A stretch of 64,000 bases of DNA, taken from the human T2T-CHM13v2.0 reference genome, Homo sapiens. The position numbers were made by a program, and so were the translations under genes. The stretch is from NCBI RefSeq assembly GCF_009914755.1, contig NC_060926.1; one strand, written 5' to 3'. The notes beneath the pieces were generated by a model, which was given only the letters and a program-made list of their open reading frames with translations, did no database searches and was not told where the DNA came from. Of the stretch, positions 1 to 12,254 are shown in pieces. Each line of letters opens with the position of its first letter. Position 1 is the first letter of the stretch.

Positions 1-70
1 TCTCCTCCTCCTCTCCCTCCCCCTCCTCCTCTCCCTCCCCCCCCCCTCCTCCTCCTTATTCTTCCTCTTG
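1..70. repeat. C/T-rich low-complexity polypyrimidine tract (runs off window start)
   Basis: Nearly pure pyrimidine (CCT)n/(CT)n/C-runs. Confidence 0.9.
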
Positions 71-220
71 CATTAAGGCAGCTTTTATGTGCCTTAGTAA
101 AGATGATATTAATATTTAATTATCATTAGTGGCCACACTGAATTTATACATTGAAATAGGATTTTTCCAAGTCAGATTGTGAGAACGTTTGCCCATTTTC
201 TCTAAAAAAAAGACTCCTCA

Positions 221-425
<205 letters not shown>

Positions 426-1004
426 TCCTCAGCTCCACTAAAGGAGGAATACATGTATATGTGTATATATTTCATTTGGAAAGGTATACCCAGGAAATCA
501 CCCCACTGGGGAATTGTTTATAGGAATGATTTTTCTTTACATAAATCATCAGGAGTGGTATAATCTTGCTTCTGTCAGACAAGGACCATCTTTCATCAAA
601 TGTCTCATAAGATGTCTTTTATCAGCCCTGCACTTGCTTGACTTTGTCTAATGTCAGAGAAATATAAAAGCCCAAGTCTGAAGACAATTTCATGACAGGA
701 GATCCCCAAGACACAGAGTATAAAAATATTTATTGCTACTTTGTTCTTATGTGATATTCTTTCTGTTTCTATTTCATTTTTTAAAAATATATAATTTATG
801 TATTTTAGGTGCAAACTAAATTCATGCGAACAGTAAAAAAAAATAATCTCAGACAGTACAAAATGATGAAGTAGGCCAAGTTAACTTTTGGTACATTTTT
901 TTCTTTTGAGTTTTGTATTAGGACTGATTGATAGGCTTTAGGTTTTATTATCTCTGCAGAGGTGGGATGAGGCAGATTCAAAGGATGTTATTGTTTCAAT
1001 AAAC

Positions 1005-1420
1005 CTTTTTAAGAATAGTTTTAGATTCACACAAAGATTGTGAAGATACTACATAGAGTTCCCGTATTGCACACCCAATTTCACGTATTCTTACCATCTT
1101 ACATTACTAATGCACTGGTATTACATTGCCACAACTATGAACCAATTTGGCAATTATTAAGTAAAGTTCATTTATATTTTCTTAGTCTTTATCTAATTTT
1201 ATTTTCCTGTTCCTGGATCCCACATTATGTTTAGCTTTTATATCTCCTTATCCCCCTCTGGGCTCTGACTGTGTCTCAGACTTTCCTTACTTTTGATGAC
1301 TTTGAACGTTTTGAGGAGTCCTGGTCAAGTATTTTTCAACATGCCCTCAATTGGGATTTTTCTTATCTTGTTCTCATGACTATAATGAGGTTACAGTTTT
1401 TGGTAAAATACCATTTTCAT
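1005..1420 (-). mobile_element. Old L1 3' end fragment (L1MC4/5-like)
   Basis: Recalled motifs TTAGATTCACA..AGAGTTCCC and TCTCAGACTTTCCTT..TTTTGATGAC..TTTGAGGAGT.CTGGTCA. Confidence 0.7.
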
Positions 1421-1451
1421 CCAATCTATTTATTATTTCAATTTGTTTATT

Positions 1452-1635
1452 TTAAATTTGAAAAATAGAAAAAAGCTTATATAATAAGATATAAAGAAAG
1501 AATAACTTTTTACAGCTGTGAAATGTGTTTGCGTTTTAAGCCAAGTGTTACAACAAGAGAGTTAAAATGCTTAAAGAAGTTTACAAAGTAAAAGAATTGT
1601 AGTAAGCTAAGGTTAATTTATTATTGAAGAAAAAA
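1452..1635. mobile_element. Tigger3 (Golem) DNA transposon fragment
   Basis: GATATAAAGAAAG..TACAGCTGT..TTTTAAGC.AAGTGTTA..GTAAGCTAAGGTTAATTTATTATTGAAGAAA matches recalled Tigger3 internal sequence. Confidence 0.75.
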
Positions 1636-1687
1636 GCTATTGGCTGTTTGTATTCTTTAACATGAGTATCTATTTTGTAACAATGTA

Positions 1688-2006
1688 CACTTGACTCTCC
1701 TTATCCATGGTTCTGCATCTGCGGATTCAAACAACCATGGATCAAAAATATTAAAAAAATAAATTAATTAAAAGACAAGAATAAAAAATATCAAGAGCAA
1801 AAGATACAATATGACAAATATTTACATAGAATTCATGTTGTATTAGGTATTATAAGTAATTGGAGATTATTTGAAGTTTATGAGAGGAGGGGTGTAGGTT
1901 ATATGTAAATACTACCCCATTTTATATAAGGGACTTGAGTATCCCTGAATTTTGGTATCCTCAGGAGTCTTGGAGCCAACCACCCACAGATACAAAGGGA
2001 TGACTG
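1688..2006 (-). mobile_element. MER2 (TcMar-Tigger MITE), near full length
   Basis: Degenerate TIRs CACTTGACTCTCC..GGGATGACTG, TA on both sides (1686-87, 2007-08), internal TTTTATATAAGGGACTTGAG. Confidence 0.88.
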
Positions 2007-2041
2007 TAATAACAATAGCAATACTAAAATGGCTTCAAGAT

Positions 2042-2046
2042 ACACA

Positions 2047-2082
<36 letters not shown>
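2042..2082. repeat. (CA)n microsatellite
   Basis: About 20 CA units with one TA interruption. Confidence 0.97.
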
Positions 2083-2086
<4 letters not shown>

Positions 2087-2139
2087 CATACCCCATACAT
2101 ATGTAAAGTTATTAACTGTAATAATTATTAACTGCAATA

Positions 2140-2400
2140 AACTGAACAAAAAATGAAATAAAACAAATAAAAGAATATATGCATTTGCATTTGTATGTAC
2201 TTTGGAAGGACACATAAGAAACTAATAACAAAGGTCCCTGCTGTTGGAGAGGTGTGGCGGGGTGGAGATGAGAAGCGGAGACGTGTGTGGGAGAGAGCTT
2301 CACTGTGCTTGTTCTAAAAATGTTCTGCCTTTCGAAACACAGGACAATTGTATCTATTAAAAATAAGAAAAGAAATAAATAAGAAAAGAAATAAAATTTG
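2140..2400 (+). mobile_element. Old L1 (L1ME-type) 3' end fragment
   Basis: TGGAAGGACACATAAGAAACTAATAACA, G-rich stretch, CTTCACTGT, A-rich end; typical L1ME 3' UTR layout. Confidence 0.5.
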
Positions 2401-3571
2401 TGAAAAGTATTATTTGAATGAGTCAGTGACTCTTCACACAAAAAGATTATAGCTGATGGGCCCACTGAAACTTAGACTAAATCTGTGAATTAGGTAGATG
2501 TTTCTTGCTCGCCAGTGTCAGAAAACTAACCCAAAGAGGTTACTTTGGTTAACGGGTGACTGTGTTGCTCACGTGATAGGGAGGGGCCTGGCTCCAAGCC
2601 TGCCAGAAGCGAGATATTCAAGTTTAATGAGAACGTCCTGCATTTGTCTCTCCACTGTGCTGCTCTATGAAAGTCTGCAGGGCTGGAAGTATGGCTGATA
2701 TCAGCTGAAAGAGATGATGAAATTAATTAATATCTATCAACTGGAATGACTGGATACCTGGAATGGCTTAAGGCAGGATCTGACAAATAGTGCTATGCAA
2801 AGTTAGTAATCAAAGGCAAAGTCATAGTTGTAGTAATAATAATACAAGCTTTTATTATTAGCTGATTTGTATGATTGGATTGTTTTGAAGACTGCAAAAA
2901 GTTTGAATCCCACAAAAATATTGAGACTGGGCAATATCAGATTGCTTTCTGAAGGCAAGCATTAAACGTAGCAGAGAAAAACTGATTTTGCAGGTAACAT
3001 AAAGTAAATATGTGTCAGAGATGAATAGAATGACATGGAATAATGTAAAACAAAACATAAAGGAATACAAATATAGAGAAATGAATTTGTATATTTTGAA
3101 TATGTTAGCTTCCACCAATAACTGGGGGGTGGGCTCTTCTAAAACTTTCTGAAATTGATTTTATTATCTTCCCCTTTTTTTTCTCTAAAAATACACTTCT
3201 AAATTTTATTTTGTTTCTCAGTTATTACTATTATTAATTTTGAGATGGGGAGGTATTGGAATTCCTTAGACTCATGTCTCTATTTAATCCTCCCAGATTA
3301 GCAGATACAACCTGGGGGAGATCAAATTCACAAGTCTGTACTGTATCCTCCCTGCTTTCCTGTGTTTACCTGGAGAAGGTGACCTTGCTGGTATCAGACA
3401 GAATCTGATACAGAAAGATTGTTTGTATGCAAAGGGGTTAAAGGACTTAGAGACAAGAAGCAAGAAGTGTTTTAGTATAGACCATTAGAAGACCCTGTCT
3501 CACAGGATGCAGGAAACTTTCAGAACTAAGGTCCCCTAGTGCCCACTGGCTGCTTTGACTATGCATCTCAC

Positions 3572-3664
3572 CGACATCTGAAGTATAATTATTGACCCCT
3601 GTCCTAACACAATGATCTTGAGCTGACTGCTCATCACAAGTATCCAAATATCTACTCAACGGAA
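3572..3664 (-). other. Candidate 93-nt internal exon (unverified)
   Basis: Minus-strand acceptor TTATTTTCTTCTTCTACTTTCAG and donor TCG|GTGAGA. One open frame, phase 1-1: (V)PLSRYLDTCDEQSAQDHCVRTGVNNYTSDV(G). No recognised homology. Confidence 0.3.
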
Positions 3665-3780
3665 CTGAAAGTAGAAGAAGAAAATAATAGTCATGAAAGC
3701 TATGCTTTACAAGCAGTCCAGGAAAGCAGATATTCACACCTATCATTTATGATGGAATCATAATCTATAGAAGTGGAACA

Positions 3781-3840
3781 TGGAATCTGTATTTTTATTT
3801 ATTTTTTATTTTTTTATTTTTTTTGGAATCTGTATTTTTA
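3781..3840 (-). mobile_element. Poly(A)-only retro-insertion with 17-bp TSD, inside a MER5-like remnant
   Basis: TGGAATCTGTATTTTTA at 3781-3797 and 3824-3840 flanks 26 bp of T-rich sequence. Confidence 0.75.
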
Positions 3841-4062
3841 AAAAAGACTCCAATGTAACTCTAATAATCAGCCACTATTACATATTTTCTTAATAATTAG
3901 TTCCCAGATGTTTCATAACCTGGATCAACCTTACTGAATTTTATAAACTTCAGCTGATGACACTATTCAGAAAGCTCCTCGAGCCTACCTTGTTTCCTCT
4001 TCCTTCTCCTTTCTCATGACGTGCAAGTGGGTTATCTGAACACTGCTTTTACTTAGAGGTAA

Positions 4063-4066
<4 letters not shown>

Positions 4067-4112
<46 letters not shown>
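4067..4112. repeat. Pure poly(T)46
   Basis: Uninterrupted T run. Confidence 0.97.
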
Positions 4113-4113
<1 letters not shown>

Positions 4114-4734
4114 GTGCTTAAGAACATGCTTTCTCATATAAAAGCCAAATAAGAAAAATAAATGGCTTTTCATGTTTGCGGGAAGTGTACATGCAGAGTA
4201 TTGCAGTCTATAGAGTCAAAGATACAGTCCTGTAATTGTGCTCTGGGTGTTCAGGTTAAGCCAGATTGTTCTATTGAATCTTAAAATTTTGATATTAACA
4301 ACAGATGCATTTGCAAGGTCAGAAGAAATCTAAAGAATGAAGTTGGCCTTACTCTCTGAAGAATGCATGGATTCAAACTGAGAGGAGGGAGAAAGAAAGA
4401 TAATTTCACATGGAGAGAACAGCCTGAAAACCATGAGTGCCAGGAGTGCATGCAGTTGTTTTTAGTATCAATGAATCAAGAAATTGCATGCTTGATAATT
4501 AATTTTAATATATGGCAGGAAGTGATATGTCATGGGTAATATGAAAGATTATAAATTTGATTTAGGTTGTTGCTAAGTTGGAGGTTTCACTGGTATATTC
4601 AAGTTGGTATGATTATTAAGGAAGTAAAAGACAAAACAATGAAACCTGTGCAAAGTGAAGTTGGGGTGAGCATGTAGGAGATAGAGCAATGAACATTTTC
4701 GAGTTATGAGGCTGGAAAATGAATGAGTAGTACC

Positions 4735-4860
4735 TCACTTAGTCCTCACAAAAATACTAGTTATTTTTAAATGAAATAATGGCTTCAGAAAGATTAGGAA
4801 ACTTATTCAAGGTCACACAGCTAGTAAATTGGTGAGATTGCATTCTGTAATTCCATTCTT
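4735..4860 (-). mobile_element. MIR fragment
   Basis: Core motif CAAGGTCACACAGCTAGTAAAT. Confidence 0.7.
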
Positions 4861-6135
4861 GGCACCAGAAGTTCTGGGAGCAGTCAGAATTGCAGCCAGA
4901 GAATGAGGCTATGCCCATATATGACTACTCAACTTCCCTGAAACTGCCTTGGAAAACTTCCTTTAGTATCATTTTAAAATGAAAAGTGCTTTAAAATATG
5001 CTTAAATGGTCTTTGAACAAGAGATATTTTTAACGATCCTATCAAATTTGCGTTAACGAATCTGGGCTGCAGAGTAATGTCTTCTTGCTTAAGATATGCC
5101 ATGTTAGTACCTTTCCTGTGAAAAGATTGGTTTTCTTCTCCAGGGAAGAGGAATTGTGTTATTTAGCATAAAGCATATCATAATTCATATAAGATAATCA
5201 TGTTGGACATAACACTAAGGGGTTTCATGCTCTTTTAAACTATGAATGAATAAAAATCCAGTTCAAGTTCTTTAAAAAGTAAAGAGGATACAGATGGCAA
5301 TAGAAGCATGGCAGTTGTAGTTTGTAGCTTTTAGTGAAGAAAAAGAAAAACAAAAGCTACAGTGAATTAGTCGTTGTAATATACATTTAAGCTGGTGACA
5401 TATTTGTTTTCCCCTAAAGATAAGTATTATCTCAAAAATAATAAGACAGAGTAAATTGACTATTGTTTAATCTAAATGTTTTCTTTATACGTATTCTGAA
5501 AACATGGTGTTTTATTGATTTGCTGTGTTCCCTTAGTGGGTGAATAATATGGTGGAATTTACCTAATAGGACATAATCTCTCATAATAACAAATTTCTGT
5601 TCAATAGAGCTGCAAGCAGAAAAAAAATAATAAAGTGCATGAAAGCTATGCTCTTCCCACAACCAGGGCTGAACACATTACTAAACTCAATGTCTCAACT
5701 AAAATGGTCTCTCAAACTCCTAAGATTCCTCCTGGAGTGAGCAAATGCTTGTATAAAAACTATTACACATTGAAAGAACTGTGGTTACCAGCCTTCTCTT
5801 TTTCAATTCCTCACAAATAGAATACTGATGCTTTGCAAATTCTCACTCTATGTCTAATTAATATTTAAGGTCAATATTAATTGACCAATTGTTTATCCAA
5901 TCCAATTAATATTTAAGGTCATGTCTTGATCATGACATGATCAAGTTCACTCATATATCACCCCACCCACACATGCAGACACATGCACACAAACATAAAA
6001 GCAGCAATACATGTTTCCTACTAATATTATTCAAAAAAACCAGTTAATCCTAAAAATAAAATTATTAAAGTTACAAACTGAAATAATCACATAAACTACC
6101 TAAACTTTAAAGGTTAAAAGTTGAGGTATATTAAA

Positions 6136-6222
6136 TACTAGTAAAACCAGTTTGATTAGTTTTACTAGTAAAGTCAGTTTTAATAGTTTTACTAGTAAAG
6201 TTATACTAGTTTTACTAGTTTA
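6136..6222. repeat. Palindromic minisatellite (27-bp unit with TTTACTAGTAAA)
   Basis: ACTAGT at 6137, 6164, 6191, 6205, 6214. Confidence 0.85.
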
Positions 6223-6429
6223 TATGTTGTCCTAAATAATTGTCGACATGGTATGGAACAAAGAAAAGAGCAGAACAATTATTGAAATAAGAATATTGCA
6301 GCAAGTAATATTCCGTGTCTAAAACTCCATATTACTTTCCCGACAAATGAGGTTTGATTAAAATAAAATAACTAAAATAAAGCTAAATCTATCCCTGTAT
6401 AATTAGGAATAAGGTAAAGGTAAACAATC

Positions 6430-6600
6430 ATAATAGCAGTCAGTATTTATTGCCATGTTATTATGTGCCTTATATATATTATATCATAGAATGTTTTTAA
6501 AAATATATGAGACAGATGTTAATATTTTTCTCATTATACAGATGAGGAAACTGAATCATGGAGAAGTTACATTATTTGTCTACAGTCATAAAAATAGTAC
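6430..6600 (-). mobile_element. MIR fragment
   Basis: CATTATACAGATGAGGAAACTGAA core; upstream TATTTATTG. Confidence 0.75.
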
Positions 6601-7029
6601 GCATACTTCCCAAATCAGAAGACATAAGTAGGAAGTAAAATGTGGTCAAAATAGCAAAACATAGCAAAAGAAACCTAGAAACTAAGAAAGAGCAAGGAAA
6701 CATTCTATAATTAAAAACTGACCATTTGGGTCTGGAATATAGACTAACAAACCATATCTTAACATGCTGTTGATAGGTGAAGTACTTAATATATTGACAG
6801 ATTTCTCACTTCATAATATTTTTGAAAATATCTATTTCAAGATAATTTTGAATAAAATTGGAAATCAAAGACTTTGCCACACACAACAGTAATACTTGCT
6901 TACTTTCTCCACTCTTCTTAAAACTGATTCATCTTCTAGATTGTTACTCTCAGCCTACCAGTGCAATCAGATCTTTCATTGAGAAAATAGATAATGCCAC
7001 AGGGAATTTGCTCATATTTCAGCAGTAGA

Positions 7030-7590
7030 TCTAAAATTCTATTTTCATGTACACTCATCCTTCCTTCCTCAAGTTTTAACAGCCCTATTGTGAAAGGTGA
7101 AACCACCTACTTTTTGCTTTTTCAGGAATCCCAGCCCATCTGTACAACCACTGTGTGATCTGAGTCTTCAGCCACTGTACCTCCTTGGCATGCTGCCATG
7201 TTCTAATAATGCCCATCATAGCAACAATGGCAGCTACAAGAAACCTTGCTGGATCCCACATGTTCTTACAGATATCCACCCCCAGTTCTCTTTTCCTTTA
7301 ATAAAATTTCTTAAATAAATTTAAAAAGGAAACTACATGTAGTCTAATTCTTCAACTCCCATTCTGTTTAGTCCAAGCTTTTGGTCATGCAACTATGATG
7401 AAATTGTTATTTATCATTAAATGTAATTGATGGTTTCTAAGTTCTCATGTTGCATGACTACTCTTTCAGTCTTTGTTGGATAATCTACTTTGTCCATTTC
7501 GCTGCTTTATAGTGCCATTCCTCAGGTCTCCACCTTGGGACTTACTTTCTTCTCATTTTACATTCCGTCCCTAGGCTTTCTAACTTTCAC
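7030..7590 (+). mobile_element. L2 fragment(s), highly diverged
   Basis: Pyrimidine-rich L2 RT-like motifs, e.g. TTCCTCAGGTCTCCACCTTGGGAC..TTCTTCTCATTTTACATTC. Confidence 0.45.
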
Positions 7591-9449
7591 TACATCAAAT
7601 TAGAAGAATAAGACTCAAGGCTAGATTAGGTCCTGGACTAAAGCAATGTTAGTAGGATTAGAGAATAATGGAGTGTTTAAAAATTGTTCCAGGACACTAT
7701 GGAAGTAGGAGTGAAGGCAAAACAAGAATCTAAGATAAATCACTGTTTTCCTTTTGGTCATAATTTCTGAGAGCTGTATCGCTAGAAGAAATTTGCGATA
7801 AAAAAATGATGGATTCAGTTTTAGATATGTTGTTAATCTTGAAGGAATTAGATAGCACTAACCAACTATGTATAATTGTTTTAGTGGGTTTTGCCTATAG
7901 AGAATTACTTACAACACATCATCAATGATCATAAAAATTAATTAAGAGGCTGAAACTCTCTTCCCATTAAAAATAATAGAGAAGTATGCTTAAGCATCAA
8001 GCTGGTAATACTGATAATATGCATTTATATTTTAATACTATAAAAAACTGTGAATAGTGTTATTGCACTAATAAAATCCAAAATCATTGAGGCGCAAAAG
8101 TAGCTAGAAGCAGTTACAGCATCTGAATTCTCCATTTCATTTCACCCGTTCTCTGGAGGCTGTGAAAATTAGGGCAAACTGGTAGGACATCACCTAATGC
8201 ATCTGAAATTCTTTTTTTGCATTGAAATTAAACTGGTTATATGTTCTGATGTAAAATTATGAGTTATTTCAGGATACTGTGCAAGGGTCTATATTCCACT
8301 GATCCTATAAGTACAAAACATAAGTAGAAGACACTGATGAACACAAAACCATAAGAGGGAGAGTGCTTTTGAGCAGTCTGTGACCAGGTTAAGAAAAAAA
8401 GAGTTATTCCTTCAGCAAAATGTGGCATATAATGTGTGATATAGCAAAACAAAGCCAAAACTTTTATGGATGTACATACCTAAGAAGAGATGATAATGCT
8501 TTATTTAAATGTATCCCAAAACCTAGCTTCAACAACTTGAGAAAAAAATCATAAAAAGTGATTTAAAAATGCATATGTCTGGCTCCCTTCAATCCAGTTG
8601 GAATTAAAATAGAAGAAAGATTGAGTGCATCCCTGGGTATTATGTACACTTGAGGACAGATGTCTAGTTTATTTTCCTCCTGAGTTCTAATAAAATTACT
8701 ATATTTTTAAAAGAGAAAAGCCATCATTTCTAAAACATCACAAGAAATCTAAAGGCACACTCCTGGGCGTAAAAATGTACAAAACCAGCTTGATTGAAGA
8801 CCCCAGACACCAAATTCATTTCAAGGAAAATAAGGAAACAGGGTAAAATAAAAATAACCAATATCAACACTGCTGGCAATGCCTGGCATGGAGCATTTCC
8901 TTTGACTTCTCTGGCTTTTTATTAAATGCTTTGGTATTAACTGTACAGTAGAAAATAATGCATTAATACACTCAGCAAATGCTTATCCCAGCAGGGGGAA
9001 TGAAAAATTGTGTTTTTTTTCCCAAATGTCAACATTCCCACCTTATTAAGGTGAGCCATAAAGAAAATACAGCAGTCTTGCCAAAATGGAAGGCAAAGAG
9101 AAACTCACCAGTGAGACACCTCTCTCTCCCTGTTCCTCCTGGGGCATCCTCATTGCATCATATAGTACCTGACGTATGTTGGAACAGAGTCCAATTACTT
9201 CTTTAGAGGGATACTAAGAAAGTTAATCTATGTTTGTTTTGGAAAATAGTGGAACTGAATAAATGTTTATTGAATCAATAAAAATAAAACAAACCAAATT
9301 GGGCCCATGAAAATATTTAGTAAAATTTTATAGAAAAAATATGATATTCCAGAGTCGAACAGAGATCCTATCTCTGGAAAATATTTACTCAAGAAAATCC
9401 ATTTCTTTTTTGAACAGCACGTGCCTTGTGCTCTCAAAATCAGTCATAT

Positions 9450-11130
9450 AAATTATGAACTTAATAAAATTAGAGCTAAAAACAAGAGATACTAAGGCCT
9501 GAAATGATGGGGAAAATGTGTTGACTAAGAAAAAAGCAGAAATACAAAGACAGCTAGATATTATAATAAAGGAAGATAAGTAAATGAAAATATTCTAGCG
9601 AAAACAGAAATAAACATAAAAGAAAATCCAACTAAGAATGTATTAGCTATCAAAAAGAGGACAAGAGAGTAAAAAGAAAAAATTTGTGTTTCCTAAAGAA
9701 AAAACTAGTAATGTTAATGAATCACAATAAAAGAAATAATAGAAAACAAACAAGATGAACTTTATTTAGATGAAGAAAACCCTGAACTTTCAGAGGCAAA
9801 AAGCTCATTATATTCCAAGTGAGCTAAACCAACATGTAAAAAAACACTGCCACTCTGAGGAACAAAAAATAAAATACGCTAACCAGAACTGGCTTAGCAA
9901 ATGTAGAAATCAAGGACAAAGGAGAAATTAGTTAATACTTTGCAGAAAATATAAATAAGATCAAGCCACTCAGAAGTGAGAGACAAACTATGTGGTGAAA
10001 GGAGGTTGTACCTCTAAGTCTGACTAACTTCAGAGATTGAGTTTATTTATTATTTATTTATTTATTATTACATACCTGCCCATTGGCCTAAGGGGATTTG
10101 AAATAAGATGGTCAGTATTGTTGAACTCTTTCTCCAGTCAAGACTTTACCCATATAAAAGTAATAAAATTATTTCAGTTATTTATGAAGCAATAAAAAAC
10201 AATGCGCACAAAACCTTTCTAAAATGTTGAAAAAATAATATACTTTAAGGTAGTATTTAAAAATAATGCATTATGTCCAAAAACACTACAGGTAAAACTA
10301 GTAACACAGAAAATGAGAGAAGCAGATATTAGACAAAATAAAAAGGGTTAATTTCATCATTTTACATTGAACAGAAAGAAAAGATCACATATTAATCTTG
10401 ATGCCATGATTACATATAGAAATATGTTGATATCAATTGAGTATATTGTCAAATTCAACTAATATTTTGAATAAAAATTGAAGGTTACTTTCTATTACAA
10501 AGAATAAAATTAGCAATAAAGATTACCTTATATCCCATCTACTTTCAATAATTAGTAAAAATGAATTTGCATAAAAAGCAATCAGCCATGAATACATAAT
10601 CATGTAGAAATCATGAACACATACAATGAGACAAACCTTTGTTACTCATTATTTATACCTAACACACACATACAAACACATTAAAACAGTGAGTTATTCC
10701 TCTGAGTATACAAGCAAAATTACATTTTTATTAATGCAGTAAGGATAAGTCATTTGTTGGAGAGCATTTAGTTAATTATCAAGAAAATATTTAGTTCAAT
10801 CCTGACAATTTCTGTATCAAAATAATTTCCACGTGAATCACAGCATTATATGTAATAGAATAAAAAATTTGACAAACCACAATAAATATTTGTAAGTGTT
10901 CTTCCGTTCATTGAGAATGAGAGTCAAGTTCTTCAACAACAATAAACAAAATAAAAGCATAAGAGAGGGGATTCACTGATTGTTTTAGTGATATACACAT
11001 TAAGTCTTCTAGATATCAAAAAATAAAAGTCAAAGAGCAGAGAAAATGTTGGAGAATGTTTGCCATGTATATGTTACAAATATTGTTAAATTTAGATAAA
11101 ATAGCACTTAAAAATAAAACATAAGAACAT
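9450..11130 (+). mobile_element. Very old L1/HAL1-like A-rich fragments
   Basis: Strong A bias; ORF1-like AAAGAAATAATAGAAAA; ORF2-like AAAATAATTTCCACGTGAATCA and GGAGAATGTTTGCCATGTATAT. Boundaries approximate. Confidence 0.45.
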
Positions 11131-12254
11131 GCATGTATTACTTTCTATAATACATGATGCATGTCTTGTTGTTTTAATAAATAACATTATAAACCATTCA
11201 ACTTCAACTCATTTAACCCATACAGAAAGGCTGACTTCAGTGACAGAGAGAAATTTGTGCTCACATGTGTCCTGTCCACAGGACATCCACCTGGGTAATC
11301 TGATTCTTATCTTTCATTGTCTTTGAGATATTTTAAAACTCTTTAAGTTGTAGATATCTCATAGTAACATAAAAATAATTCCTATCTATAGACATGCAAA
11401 TCGTGTCTTGTCTGGTAGAGGTTCAATAGACTTTTTTCAACAATCTATTAATATCTCCAATGGAAAGCGTGTTTGCCTCCGTTTGTATAATCTTTCAATA
11501 TTCCTGATCTATAAATGTGTGTGTGTTTTGCATTCTCTTTCGACTGGTTGTATAATTTGCTTGGTTCACTCATAAATGCATGAATGGAATACAATTTTTA
11601 ACTTGTGTTTGTATCTGCATAATTGTCATAGAATGCATATAAATATGTTCTCCTTCAGGTGTTTTCATGTTCAACCAATGAATTATAGCCATTTAATAAA
11701 TTCTTATTTTGAGTAGCACATATACACTCAATTTATTAAATGAGTCAGCAGGCTACTTTATTTTGAATATTGCTTATGTGTATAACACTAAGGAAAGAGT
11801 AGGCAGACAAGAGCAAGGCATGATATCTGTCCTAGAGGAAGAGAGAATCTCATTAGGGCCTTAACTATATTTTATGTATGTATTATTTGTATATATTTGG
11901 CTGTTTGTGGATATTTGCATAATAAGCAACCAGTTAATACTGATTTGAAACACCGCAAAGGAGTGTTAGCAATCTTTCATGGGATTCCAGAGGCAGATAA
12001 AGATGACTGATCATAGGAAATATCTAATGGTAGGACTGTAATTGGGAGTGAATTTGACAGTCCATCAAGAATGAATAGAGTTTGAGTGAAAGCACAGGAT
12101 GGAACTCTTTTCAATTAGAGAAGCAATGGGAACAAAAGTAATCAGGACAGATTTCACAGCATACATCTAGTGACCATCAAATGACACTTCAAATGTACCA
12201 AATTCTTCCAATTGGGGTACTGCTTATTTATTATTTACTTTATTTTTAAATTTT

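Noticed and set aside
3985-4173. Poly-lysine ORF
   Set aside because: Translation of the poly(T) run.
6136-6222. CRISPR-like appearance of spaced palindromic repeats
   Set aside because: Eukaryotic context, intervening sequences are themselves similar and too short, no cas genes.
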